A stretch of DNA of 64,000 nt, taken from an uncultured virus (IMG/VR IMGVR_UViG_3300030102_004953) (Duplodnaviria; Heunggongvirae; Uroviricota; Caudoviricetes). The first letter of the stretch is position 1; each line of letters opens with the position of its first letter. The DNA lies in IMG/VR virus record IMGVR_UViG_3300030102_004953, one strand, 5' to 3'. The notes beneath the pieces were generated by a model. That model ran no database searches. It saw nothing but the letters and a program-made list of their open reading frames with translations, and was not told where the DNA came from. Below, piece by piece: positions 28,514 to 38,669 of the stretch. The position numbers and the translations under genes were made by a program.

Positions 28514-29229
28514 TAACTATCCTGATTAGCCACCAAGAAGTAAGTTGAATCAAACTCATCAATCTTAAAGTTCATCTTAGCAAGACCTTCTGAACTGATT
28601 TCAAGCATTGAACTTTCACAATCTTTATTAGCTGATAGTATCTCTTTCATTACGTGTGCATTGAAAGTTAACTTATCAACCTCAGAATATTCAACAACTT
28701 CAGTTCTAATTGTAACTCTATTTGATGCGATTGAACTATAACCTATTACGATATCAACTTCACCATCTCTACAAACCACAGTGCAGGTATCCACCTCTGA
28801 CAATGCACTCTTACCAGCTAAGAACTTACCAATGAACTCTCTATCAACTTTAACTTTCAAGCTCATATCAGGTAGATTTTTCATAGCAGGAACTTTAGGT
28901 ATCACACTTTCATCACTTAACATAAAAAGTGATTTAGCGACACTATCATCAAACGTAACAGAAATAGATTTATCACCTGATTTCTGTACATCTAATTTAA
29001 CATTGTCTCCCATAACAGATAGCATCTTTAAGAAAACTTCTGTATCGTATACTCCGATACTCTCATCTCCAAATCCTAAACCATCTGCTTCAACCCTACC
29101 AAGCATAGATTTATCAGCAGTTATAAAATCACAACTAAGAACTTTGCCTTTGGATTTTATCATAACTGATGGAACTCTATTTCCAAGATAGTATTTCTGT
29201 ATGAAATTGATTAGACCATTTTTATTCAT
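28513..29229 (-). CDS. sliding clamp (gp45/PCNA-like)
   Basis: size, position between polymerase and clamp loader, ISSEGLAK...YFL C-terminus. Confidence 0.75.
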   Translation of the reverse strand: MNKNGLINFIQKYYLGNRVPSVMIKSKGKVLSCDFITADKSMLGRVEADGLGFGDESIGVYDTEVFLKMLSVMGDNVKLDVQKSGDKSISVTFDDSVAKSLFMLSDESVIPKVPAMKNLPDMSLKVKVDREFIGKFLAGKSALSEVDTCTVVCRDGEVDIVIGYSSIASNRVTIRTEVVEYSEVDKLTFNAHVMKEILSANKDCESSMLEISSEGLAKMNFKIDEFDSTYFLVANQDS

Positions 29230-29258
29230 TTATCATAACCTCATTTATTATTAAGTAG

Positions 29259-31748
29259 TTAAAAAAATCTTTCAAGTGTATTTTTTTTATCTACGGGCAT
29301 ATCCCAAGATAAAGCCTCATAGAACATCTGAATTTTCTTTTGAAGAGCTTGTTTATACATTTTATCTGTATCAATATATTGTTTTATAAACTCTATAACT
29401 TGTCTTGGGTCTTCATATCCCTTGTAAGCCATAGTTTGGAATCCATATGGATTGTTCTTCATATAAACCCATTTTATCTTTTGAGATTCACCTATCTTTT
29501 CGTATCTCTTTAGTTTGTTTATCTGAAGAAAGTTGTTGTAATTATAAGCTGATTTAACGTGTACGGGAGTACCAAGTTTAGGTATGTGTAATCCATCCTC
29601 ATTCATATCAGAATACTTCTTAACACCTTTTACACCAATAGGCATAGATATCTTGTCAAAATCAATTAACTTCATACTCTTCTTAAAGTTTATTATATAC
29701 TCATCTAATTTATCTTTAGGAACATCCATTAAAATATCTTCTAATAGTTTAGATAATACTTTTTTCATAGCGGCTGGAAAACTACTACGAACTGTATCTA
29801 ATCCTTTTACCATCATCTTATCAACTTTCTTTCCGTTATCATTGATAATTTTCATACCATATCTTTTTTTAGTTATAAACAAACCACCTTTAGCAATCAA
29901 CTCTTGTTTGATATCAAACCTATGTTCATCTATATTACAAAACTTTTCAGCAAAGTAATCATACGATTTGTTAAGAAAAGTTTGTATCTCACTAGCAATC
30001 TCAAGGATAGCCTTTGACATTTTATCTTCGTCTCTGATATCCATATCAGGAAATCTTTTCTTAACAATAGGCACAGCAGAATAAAATACAGAATCAGTAT
30101 CAATGTAGATACAATAGTCCTCATTCGTTTCTAATTGCTTATTGTAATAATGATTACCTATCTTCTTGGTAAACTTAATAAGGGATTGACCTGTATAAGT
30201 TGTAGCCTCTGCGTTATCCAAATCATAAAATCTAAATACAGGTAAACCTAACACACCATACAATGAATTTAATAGAATCTTTTGTAGATATTGCCTCCTA
30301 TCAAAATAATCTGATTGATTCTTGTCTCCCTCTTCGTGAAACTTCTTAGATAACTTACGATACTGAACCCTCTCATCAAACCACTTCTCAAGTAAAGCTG
30401 GTAATAATCCTTTTACTTCACTTTTATACATTACACCATTTGTAGCGATGGTAGCTTTTGATGTTTCAAGGTACTTCTTTAATTCAGTTTCAGTTAACTT
30501 ACCAACTTCCTTTTGGTTCTTAGTTATAGTATATGTTTTTTTATTATCTGCTTTTATAAACTCTTCAGGATTCCAGCCATTGATTTTACCAATCTTTGTT
30601 TCAGGTGATATATTCAAAGACATAATACACGATGGATACATTGATGTGATATCTAAATCATAAACCCATCTATGTTTACCTTTTTGTGGCTCTTGAACAT
30701 AAGCACCCACAAACTTTTCATCAGGATTCTTTGTAGCTCTATTCTTTGGTTTATTAGGTGCTATAATATTTTTGTTCTTTAGGTAAGTAAGTATAGCACC
30801 CTCAAGATAACGAGAACTCATAAATATATCCTCATAACCACAATGCCCTAAGTGAGCCAAACCACGAGCAATTTCTATAAAATCAAGTTTATCATCTAAC
30901 ATCTTAACAAGTCTAACATCGTGAATGTTATACTCAATAAACTTATTAATATCATTTTCATATAAATCGTTAAGTGTTCCCTCATACTCAACCTTACGTT
31001 CACCTAATTCATAATCACCAATAGCATCTAATCTATATGAAGACCTCTCACTAAAAGTAAACTTTCTATACAACTGAAAGTAATCAAGTGTGTTTACACC
31101 TGCTATTTTTATAGATAGGTTATCTCTATCTATCCTCTTAACTATATTTATTGGCGATAAACACGTTGCCATATCATAACCTAAAACTTGTTCCATTCTA
31201 TTAAACAAGTAAGGCATATCAAAAAACTCAATGTTCCAACCTGTTAGAATGGTTGGAGCAATCTCTAAATACTTTGTCATAAAGTTTTTTAATAAGTCAT
31301 ACTCATTATCATATGAATGAATTTGTTCTGAATCTTCTACCTCATTTTTAGTATCTAAAACAAAACAATGATACTCTTCTGTTAAGTCATCGTAAGTAGC
31401 GATTGAAGTTATAGTGTTATCAGCTCTTCTAACATCAGGAAAACCTTCAGTAACTTCAACCTCAATATCTAATACAAGTACCTTATGCCCCTCTGAAACT
31501 TCTTCAGATTCGTGATACATATCAACCAACGTTCTAATCTCAGGCATCACATCGGATTCAAATAAACCATCCTCATCCTTTTCAAACTTATAAACTTTTT
31601 GTAACTTATCACCATACAAAGAAATATATTGTCCATTTGGCGATTTAATATATGCATACTTCTTATGTGGAAAGGATAAATAACCTTTTTTATCATCCCA
31701 CAAATGAATTTTATTTTTTCTGTTATCGTAAAATATAGACTGATACAT
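29259..31748 (-). CDS. family B DNA polymerase (gp43-like)
   Basis: exonuclease DIE, GWNIEFFD, YNIHD; polymerase DITSMYPS, KILLNSLYG, YIDTDS, KKRY. Confidence 0.97.
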   Translation of the reverse strand: MYQSIFYDNRKNKIHLWDDKKGYLSFPHKKYAYIKSPNGQYISLYGDKLQKVYKFEKDEDGLFESDVMPEIRTLVDMYHESEEVSEGHKVLVLDIEVEVTEGFPDVRRADNTITSIATYDDLTEEYHCFVLDTKNEVEDSEQIHSYDNEYDLLKNFMTKYLEIAPTILTGWNIEFFDMPYLFNRMEQVLGYDMATCLSPINIVKRIDRDNLSIKIAGVNTLDYFQLYRKFTFSERSSYRLDAIGDYELGERKVEYEGTLNDLYENDINKFIEYNIHDVRLVKMLDDKLDFIEIARGLAHLGHCGYEDIFMSSRYLEGAILTYLKNKNIIAPNKPKNRATKNPDEKFVGAYVQEPQKGKHRWVYDLDITSMYPSCIMSLNISPETKIGKINGWNPEEFIKADNKKTYTITKNQKEVGKLTETELKKYLETSKATIATNGVMYKSEVKGLLPALLEKWFDERVQYRKLSKKFHEEGDKNQSDYFDRRQYLQKILLNSLYGVLGLPVFRFYDLDNAEATTYTGQSLIKFTKKIGNHYYNKQLETNEDYCIYIDTDSVFYSAVPIVKKRFPDMDIRDEDKMSKAILEIASEIQTFLNKSYDYFAEKFCNIDEHRFDIKQELIAKGGLFITKKRYGMKIINDNGKKVDKMMVKGLDTVRSSFPAAMKKVLSKLLEDILMDVPKDKLDEYIINFKKSMKLIDFDKISMPIGVKGVKKYSDMNEDGLHIPKLGTPVHVKSAYNYNNFLQINKLKRYEKIGESQKIKWVYMKNNPYGFQTMAYKGYEDPRQVIEFIKQYIDTDKMYKQALQKKIQMFYEALSWDMPVDKKNTLERFF

Positions 31749-31755
31749 AGGTTAG

Positions 31756-31785
31756 AATATAACTATTTTTCCTCATTTAAGTCAA
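31756..31785 (-). promoter_or_regulatory. sigma70-type promoter TTGACT-N18-TATATT upstream of the polymerase gene
   Basis: same spacing as the elements at 44039-44068 and 44344-44373. Confidence 0.7.
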
Positions 31786-32302
31786 GCTTTTTATTTTTAG
31801 GATACACTTTCATTTTATCCAATTCTTCTTCTGAGAAGTTCATAAAGTAATCAGTTTTCCAAAGCGTTCTATGTGTTTCATCAAACTGGGTATCACTTCC
31901 TATATTAATCAAAAAGTAAGGTGCTTTCTCTCTCGTATCTTCTTCAGCAATTTTCCATTCTTCAAATGGTGATAAACATATAGCTTTTAAACCTTTGAAT
32001 CCTTTTTCTTTCATTAGTATTTGTATTGCTTTCTGAAATTTAGCTCTATCAACATCTTTCCAATTTAATCCATCCGTATTCTCACAAACGAATAGTGCTG
32101 ATGAGTACTCACTTTTTTTAAATTTTTCTAATAATTCTAAGAAAGGTTTTTTGTTTGGTTTCCAAACTTCTATCATTAACTTATCATTTTTCCTCTCTGC
32201 TTTTACAAACGGGCAAACAGGCATTCCACCAAAGTTTTCACTTGGTTTTTCTAAGTAATCGATATACTCATTGACTTCTTTTAATATTTGTTTTTTACTC
32301 AT
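31763..32302 (-). CDS. hypothetical protein
   Basis: GGMPVCPF motif; no function recognised. Confidence 0.7.
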   Translation of the reverse strand: MSKKQILKEVNEYIDYLEKPSENFGGMPVCPFVKAERKNDKLMIEVWKPNKKPFLELLEKFKKSEYSSALFVCENTDGLNWKDVDRAKFQKAIQILMKEKGFKGLKAICLSPFEEWKIAEEDTREKAPYFLINIGSDTQFDETHRTLWKTDYFMNFSEEELDKMKVYPKNKKLDLNEEK

Positions 32303-32313
32303 AACATTTAGAG

Positions 32314-32339
32314 AAAAAGGGGGGAATAAATCCCCCCTT
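32314..32339 (-). terminator. intrinsic terminator after the TonB-dependent receptor gene
   Basis: AAGGGGGGA-TTTAT-TCCCCCCTT stem followed by a T run on the minus strand. Confidence 0.9.
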
Positions 32340-32346
32340 AATCAAT

Positions 32347-35121
32347 TTAGAAATTAACAGTCAAACCTATGTTTGCATAACGTGGTGTTCCTAAGAATAC
32401 CTCAGCGTTATGTGGTAGGTGAAGTTTATCACCAAACCCATTATAAGGTGAGTTGTCAACTGCGTCTTGTACATATAATGCATCAAGAGCGTTAAATACG
32501 TGACCTGTAATAGCCATATCTAAACCACCAATCTTAGGTAGTTTGTATGAACCGTGTAAGTCTAAACGATTATAGCCTGGTGCTTCCCAAACTTGTGCTC
32601 TATCTGCGTCTGCATCACTACCATCATACTCACGTGCTGCAGGACTCCAATCAGCGTAGTTCTTTTCATACATCTTGAAAATACCTTGTAATCTAAGACC
32701 TTTGATTGGTGTAAGTGTTGCACCCAAGACATAAGAAGTCTGAGGTTGGTCACCTACGAACAATCCATCAAGTGCGTAGTTATATGGTGTCTGAGTAACT
32801 CCAATTACCTGACCTTCACTATTGTATTGGTCTTCTTGGTAGTTACCTTTTGCATCACCATCGAACTTCCAATTACCAAATGATACTGCTCCGTCTAAAC
32901 GAATCATCTCATTGAGTTTCATAGAAGCTTCAATCTCCATACCTTGATGTTTCTGATTGATACCTGATAGGAAGATAACATCAGTATCACCTGATGAACC
33001 TTGACCTGATTGTACTGCTTTAGTCAAGTTTCTATCCATCCAATCAGTATTGTATACGTTTACTTTTACAGCAACGTTTTCTGTTTTGAAGTTTACACCA
33101 GCTTCAGTTGATAAGAATTTCTCATTATCAGGATCGGAAGCGACTGTACCATCATAGTAGATTACGTTATCCATAATTGGTGGTTTCTGAACATATCCAG
33201 CGTTACCAAAGATAGATACATTGTCATCTACATCATAAGTAGCACCACCCTTAACTTGGAAAGTAGAGATAGCGTCTGCTTTGATTACTTCGTTAGCTAC
33301 TGTAAAATGGTCTTGGTAAGAATATTTGATACTTGATAATCCACCCATACCATAAACGTTTAGTTTATCGGCTGTGTAGTTACCTTGTAAAAATCCACCA
33401 ATCCAATCAACCGTTGTTGAGTTGTGATAAGCTATCTCATCACCTAAACGAACAACTTTACCATCAGGAGCGTTATCATCAGCGTAGTCTACGTAGTAAT
33501 CACCACCAAGTAAATCACGAACTTCACGAGCGTGTTCAATACCTGCTGTTCTCCAATCAATACCAAATTGTAATTCAAGTTCATCACTAACAACGTGATT
33601 CAACTTAGAAATAACACCATAAGTGTTCTGTCTATTGATTGAGTTACGAAGAATACCTTTTGAACGATTCTCTGTTGGATGGAAGTTTGTATCCACTCTA
33701 TCTGAGTTGGTTGCGATAGCTGCATCCCAATCCCAACCCCACGGTGAGCTTCTGTACCACTTTTGTCCTTCAACAGCTGGTTTTCTGAACGAACTACCAT
33801 AAGTTCCTGTTCCACCACCTGAACCACCACTCCAATAAAATACAGAACTCAAACGAGTTTTATCTGTAAGAGTTAGGAAATGGTTGATGTTCATAAGTGG
33901 CTTGTGGAAGAAGTTCTCTCTTTCATTCAAGAAATCAGAACTGTATCTATCACGTAGCCCTTTATCAAACAAACCACCGACACCATACATATACCAATAT
34001 TGTTTACCCTTGTAGTCTGAACTAACTGAGCCCCAATTTTGGTTGAATGTTCTACCAGCTTCGGTTTCGAACTTAGCGCCTTCAGCGAAAGCACTTACAT
34101 CATATCCATCGATATCACCAGCTAACTTCTGTGAGTAAGTAGCGATATTCTGTTTGTATAGATTCTGTCCGTGTCTTTGTGGAGCGCCAACTATGTATGC
34201 TTCAACTCTGTGTCCATCGTTGATTGCATATGTAGCACCCATATAGTAAGCCCAAGCATCTGTCCAAGTAGCATCAATAATACCATCACCAGTCTTACGA
34301 ACAAGTGTACCACTAAGTGCTAACTTATCATTCATCATAAGACCTGTATTATAGTTCAGAGTAGTTTTCAAGAAACCACCTGCACCAAACTCTTGCTTAT
34401 ACTTACCACCTCTATCGAAAGCGGCAGGGTCGGTTATGATGTTCATAGTTCCACCAATAGATGGTGTAGCCAAATTGACAGCTGATAAACCACGTTGCAT
34501 CTGAATTGATGCAGCGGCATCTCCAACACCATCCCAATTAGACCAGTATACCCACCCGTTTTCCATATCATTTTGCGGTACACCGTTAATCATAACTGCT
34601 ACGTTTCTCTGGTTGAATCCACGAACATTAATACGGGCATCACCCGCACCACCACCTTGTTGAGTTGCATATACTGATGGAGTTGTATTAAGAACCATAG
34701 GGATATCTTGAGAACCAAGACGAACTTCCATATCTTCCTTAGTTACCATCGAGTAAGCAACAGGTGTTTTTTCATCAGCACGAGAAGCCAAAACTTCAAC
34801 GTCTGATAATTCAATCACGTTTAGTGGTAAAACAAAAGCCATTGTTAAATCATTATCGCCCTCATTTAACTGAACCATTTGTGATTGTGGTTTAAATCCA
34901 ATAACTGTAGCTGTAATTGTGTAGCTTCCAGCACCTAAATCGAGCATAAACATACCACCCTCATCGGTTACCGTACCCTTATCAGTACCTACTACAACAA
35001 TATTAGCATTAGCTAATGGGTCTCCTGCTTCTGATGTAACTTTTCCCGTTACCGATTGTGCGAACAACATCATCGGTGTTAGTAGAGTCATCATCATAGC
35101 AATTAGATTACGATTTCTCAT
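32347..35121 (-). CDS. TonB-dependent outer-membrane receptor with N-terminal carboxypeptidase-regulatory-like domain
   Basis: signal peptide, VTGKVT...GTVTDEGGMF, plug INVRGF...VMINGVP, C-terminal Phe; start at ATG 35121 after GAGGAG. Confidence 0.93.
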   Translation of the reverse strand: MRNRNLIAMMMTLLTPMMLFAQSVTGKVTSEAGDPLANANIVVVGTDKGTVTDEGGMFMLDLGAGSYTITATVIGFKPQSQMVQLNEGDNDLTMAFVLPLNVIELSDVEVLASRADEKTPVAYSMVTKEDMEVRLGSQDIPMVLNTTPSVYATQQGGGAGDARINVRGFNQRNVAVMINGVPQNDMENGWVYWSNWDGVGDAAASIQMQRGLSAVNLATPSIGGTMNIITDPAAFDRGGKYKQEFGAGGFLKTTLNYNTGLMMNDKLALSGTLVRKTGDGIIDATWTDAWAYYMGATYAINDGHRVEAYIVGAPQRHGQNLYKQNIATYSQKLAGDIDGYDVSAFAEGAKFETEAGRTFNQNWGSVSSDYKGKQYWYMYGVGGLFDKGLRDRYSSDFLNERENFFHKPLMNINHFLTLTDKTRLSSVFYWSGGSGGGTGTYGSSFRKPAVEGQKWYRSSPWGWDWDAAIATNSDRVDTNFHPTENRSKGILRNSINRQNTYGVISKLNHVVSDELELQFGIDWRTAGIEHAREVRDLLGGDYYVDYADDNAPDGKVVRLGDEIAYHNSTTVDWIGGFLQGNYTADKLNVYGMGGLSSIKYSYQDHFTVANEVIKADAISTFQVKGGATYDVDDNVSIFGNAGYVQKPPIMDNVIYYDGTVASDPDNEKFLSTEAGVNFKTENVAVKVNVYNTDWMDRNLTKAVQSGQGSSGDTDVIFLSGINQKHQGMEIEASMKLNEMIRLDGAVSFGNWKFDGDAKGNYQEDQYNSEGQVIGVTQTPYNYALDGLFVGDQPQTSYVLGATLTPIKGLRLQGIFKMYEKNYADWSPAAREYDGSDADADRAQVWEAPGYNRLDLHGSYKLPKIGGLDMAITGHVFNALDALYVQDAVDNSPYNGFGDKLHLPHNAEVFLGTPRYANIGLTVNF

Positions 35122-35149
35122 ATCGAATCTCCTCATTATTGTTATGTAC

Positions 35150-35183
35150 GACACATTTTTCTACAGGTGTGTCTACTGCCTGT
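35150..35183 (-). promoter_or_regulatory. putative H-type RNA pseudoknot in the receptor gene leader
   Basis: ACAGG/CCTGT and GACACA/TGTGTC interleaved perfect complements. Confidence 0.55.
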
Positions 35184-35201
35184 TTCTTGGTATGCGAAAT
35201 C

Positions 35202-37211
35202 TTAATTGGCATATTCTTGGTCATCATTATCACCTGTAAATGATGGAACTTCACAGCTATCATTATTACAGAATTTATCTATTTCAGCTTCCTCATTTTT
35301 GATAACACCAAAAGACAACTTACCTAGTTTTTTCATTTGTTTATTGTATTCTTTTTCATCTATAGCTTCATATGGCATTTGTGGATATGCACCATAATCG
35401 TGTCTTGGTAATAACGATATACCTTTCAAGTGATATTGAAAATAATTTAACACTTGAGGTATCTGTTCACCCTCTGTTTTAGGATCGAATGTAACGGTAC
35501 AACTCACTTGGTTATCAGCCCAATGTCGTTGCATAAATGCAGCTAAACTAAATTGTTCCCAAATAGATAACTCACTTGCAGTTCTGATACCCTCTCCAAC
35601 ATCTACTGGCACCTCAACTACGCAAGTTGTATCTTCAGAACCAAATGCAGGTTCTATCTTGTAACCTGCTTTCTTCATAGGTTCAATTAGTTCAGAATGT
35701 TTAGATAACCTAATTCTTCTAATATAAAATCTACTTTCGGGATAATGTAAGCCTGGAGTAGCACCAGCCAATAATGAGACTGTACCACTTGGTTTAACTG
35801 AAGTAGTTTTGATGGAACGTGGTACAGCAAACCAATCTGAATACATCTTATCCCACTCTTGAATAACATCATATCCCTCTTCCAACCAATGTCTAAATTC
35901 ATTAATACCTCTGTTTGTAACAAACTGAGCAACACCACTTACGCTACATCCAATTCTTCTGTTTCTTAGCATCACTCTGTTAGTATCACTCCAATGTGTT
36001 CTACCAAGTGTAACTGTCTTTGCATATAAATATGCGTATTTTAGAGTTCTTGCATAATCTTCGAAACTATCGTGGTTACTTGGAAATGTTTCCACAAGGC
36101 AACACAACTCATATGATTCAAGTGTTTGCTCTAAACAAGGATTACCACCCATAGCTCTATAATCTTTATCATCACCACCATTTTTAATTCTTGAGTAATG
36201 TCTCATATTTTCTAACCAAGCAAAACCTGGCTCACCATTATCTACAATACGTTTTGCAGCTTCTGTATAATCCATACCAAGTTCTGCAAAGATAGAGTTA
36301 TTAGATGTCCATCCAAATGTTTCTCTATGTGGATTAACCTTATAGTTTTTTAAATCCAAGTATTCTTCATTGTGTGGGTCACCAAAAACTATCTCAGCAG
36401 TTCTTCTAACATTACCTGCCACAACACACTTACCAATAAGATTCATTATATCTACGATCGTAGTTATTGTGATTGGTTCACCACTATTTTTTTCTAATAC
36501 TTTTCTGATATCTTCGTGAACTTCTTTCAATGGTTCAGGACCTGAACTAACTCCACCGAATCCTTTGATTGGTTCTCCAGCTGGTCTTACTATACTATAA
36601 TCAAATTGCATAGGAGCAGTTCCGTGGAAATAACTTTCTAAAAGTAAACGAAGTGATTCTACCCAACCCTCACGATTATCTGGTATTTGAAATGTTTCTT
36701 CAGCTCTATCTTTATTTACACCTTTAACAACAATCTCACCTGCGCCTTTAGTATCAAATCCAACTCCAACACCTAACATACTTGCATCCATAAGGAAACA
36801 AAATGGTTTGGAATAATCTTCTTTTATTGTTTTTGTTGAAACAAATGCGCAATTGTTTAGGGCGGCATATAATCCTTTTTCTTCTGTGATTGGTGTTCCC
36901 ATCGCCCACAGCCCGCGTCCAGGAGGCAAGAATTTCATATTAAAAATACGCTCATACATATCTTGAGCTGACTTTTGTGCTTGCCACGCGTTCCACCCTA
37001 ATTGGTGAGACTCAATCCAATTTTTTTGCATTGAGTATGTTCCCTCGACAACCCTTTGAACGGTTTCCCACCATCTCTCATTTTTACCGTTCTCTTTGAT
37101 TCGAGAATAGGTTCTCATATATACTAATTCACCTAATCCATTAAAACCGAAAGGTGCTTTTTTCCTCTTAAATTTATCCAAAAACTTTTCTGACAACTGA
37201 AATTTATCCAT
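35202..37211 (-). CDS. nrdJ: class II adenosylcobalamin-dependent ribonucleotide reductase, monomeric type
   Basis: FLPPGRGLW, LNNCAF, VVAGNVRR, NPCLEQ, SVKPSGTVS, C-terminal CNNDSC. Confidence 0.95.
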   Translation of the reverse strand: MDKFQLSEKFLDKFKRKKAPFGFNGLGELVYMRTYSRIKENGKNERWWETVQRVVEGTYSMQKNWIESHQLGWNAWQAQKSAQDMYERIFNMKFLPPGRGLWAMGTPITEEKGLYAALNNCAFVSTKTIKEDYSKPFCFLMDASMLGVGVGFDTKGAGEIVVKGVNKDRAEETFQIPDNREGWVESLRLLLESYFHGTAPMQFDYSIVRPAGEPIKGFGGVSSGPEPLKEVHEDIRKVLEKNSGEPITITTIVDIMNLIGKCVVAGNVRRTAEIVFGDPHNEEYLDLKNYKVNPHRETFGWTSNNSIFAELGMDYTEAAKRIVDNGEPGFAWLENMRHYSRIKNGGDDKDYRAMGGNPCLEQTLESYELCCLVETFPSNHDSFEDYARTLKYAYLYAKTVTLGRTHWSDTNRVMLRNRRIGCSVSGVAQFVTNRGINEFRHWLEEGYDVIQEWDKMYSDWFAVPRSIKTTSVKPSGTVSLLAGATPGLHYPESRFYIRRIRLSKHSELIEPMKKAGYKIEPAFGSEDTTCVVEVPVDVGEGIRTASELSIWEQFSLAAFMQRHWADNQVSCTVTFDPKTEGEQIPQVLNYFQYHLKGISLLPRHDYGAYPQMPYEAIDEKEYNKQMKKLGKLSFGVIKNEEAEIDKFCNNDSCEVPSFTGDNDDQEYAN

Positions 37212-37292
37212 TATGTAACGCTCCCATATAATCTATTTTTCTTGTTTGAAACTCATTTTTAAATATAATATATATCCGATTCAAAACCAAAT

Positions 37293-38669
37293 TTATTCAA
37301 ATCCATCAAGATTTTTTTCAGTAGTTTTAAAATCATCATACTTATTTTTTAGAAAGCCTGTCAACATTTCATCGGAATTCATTTTTTCAGTTTGTTCTTT
37401 ACCTTGCCAAGAATCCCCCTCAAAAACCTCAAGCTTACCTACGTTTGTGTTAATATTGGCAGGATACGTATTACCATCTTGTCCAAATCTATTCTTCATA
37501 ATATGAACCCTACCTGTATTAGCTATCTTATCTGTTGCTTTTCTACTAACCGACATAATAAAATCTGCTGTCATAACCTTACTATAAGATTCAGCAACCT
37601 TATCAGCCTCAATAACATCCTCTTCAAGAGAACTTCTATTAGCTTGTGATGCAGTCCATATCGGAATATCATACTCACCAGCTAAACCTCTTAAATCTTC
37701 ATAGATGTTACCTAATTGTAACCTGTAATCTTTTATACCACTCGTATCTCTGAGTATATCAGCATAGTCTACCAAAACTACATCTGGCATTTTATCGTGT
37801 AGCTCTAAGTTTTTTAAGTGAGCAGAAAGAGTTTGAACACTAGCAGTTCTTGTTGGGAAATATTTTATCAACAAATTGCCTGTTAGCTTACTAATAATCT
37901 TTTCTACATCACTCATACTATACTTTAGATTAGCAGTTGGAATACCTGTAAAGATAGTATCATATCTTAACCCAACATACGCTTGATTTAACTCAAGTGT
38001 ATAATGCACTACCGATTTACCTCTCTTAACAGCATCAGCACCAATCGATTGTAAGAACCAAGTCTTACCTATACCAGCTGGAGCAACAACAACTCCAAGT
38101 TCTCCTTTACCTAAACCACCATCCATAACATCATTGATTACATCCCACGGAGTTTTTATTGTATCTCTTGTGGATTCCTCAAATCTTGATAATAGTTCAT
38201 TTATATAATCGTGTCCTAAATCAGATAATGTACCAGCCTTCATCGCTTTATCTATAACAGTCTTTATCTTATCATATTCACCAATTTGTAACAAATCAAC
38301 TGATTTTAATATAGCATTTTTTAAACTTTGATTCTTACAAAACTCAATCATTTTCTTCTGAACAAAATCTAAATCATCAGCTTCACGATAGTTGTAGACA
38401 TCTTTTAAATTAGATATTACTGAAGTCTTTAAGATATCATCTTGTATATCTTCTATAGATATTTTCAAAGCCTCTAACGTTGGCTCTTTTTTAAACTCTA
38501 AGAAATATTCTTTGGTTTGTTTCACTAACCATTTATCTGCTTCACTATCAAACATATTAGAATCTAATATATCAAATATAGTTTGTAAGAATGGTTTTTT
38601 AAATATTAGGGATGTTAGTATTTTCTTCTGAAATGAAGTGCCGTATTGGCTAAGTGAATCTTGATTCAA
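37293..38669 (-). CDS. DnaB/gp41-like replicative helicase
   Basis: APAGIGKT, TLEL, VDYAD, TASQANR, KNRFG; TTG start. Confidence 0.93.
   Translation of the reverse strand: MNQDSLSQYGTSFQKKILTSLIFKKPFLQTIFDILDSNMFDSEADKWLVKQTKEYFLEFKKEPTLEALKISIEDIQDDILKTSVISNLKDVYNYREADDLDFVQKKMIEFCKNQSLKNAILKSVDLLQIGEYDKIKTVIDKAMKAGTLSDLGHDYINELLSRFEESTRDTIKTPWDVINDVMDGGLGKGELGVVVAPAGIGKTWFLQSIGADAVKRGKSVVHYTLELNQAYVGLRYDTIFTGIPTANLKYSMSDVEKIISKLTGNLLIKYFPTRTASVQTLSAHLKNLELHDKMPDVVLVDYADILRDTSGIKDYRLQLGNIYEDLRGLAGEYDIPIWTASQANRSSLEEDVIEADKVAESYSKVMTADFIMSVSRKATDKIANTGRVHIMKNRFGQDGNTYPANINTNVGKLEVFEGDSWQGKEQTEKMNSDEMLTGFLKNKYDDFKTTEKNLDGFE

Noticed and set aside
35122..37292. Cobalamin riboswitch upstream of nrdJ or the receptor gene
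   Set aside because: Both intergenic regions are about 80 nt and lack recognisable B12-box sequence
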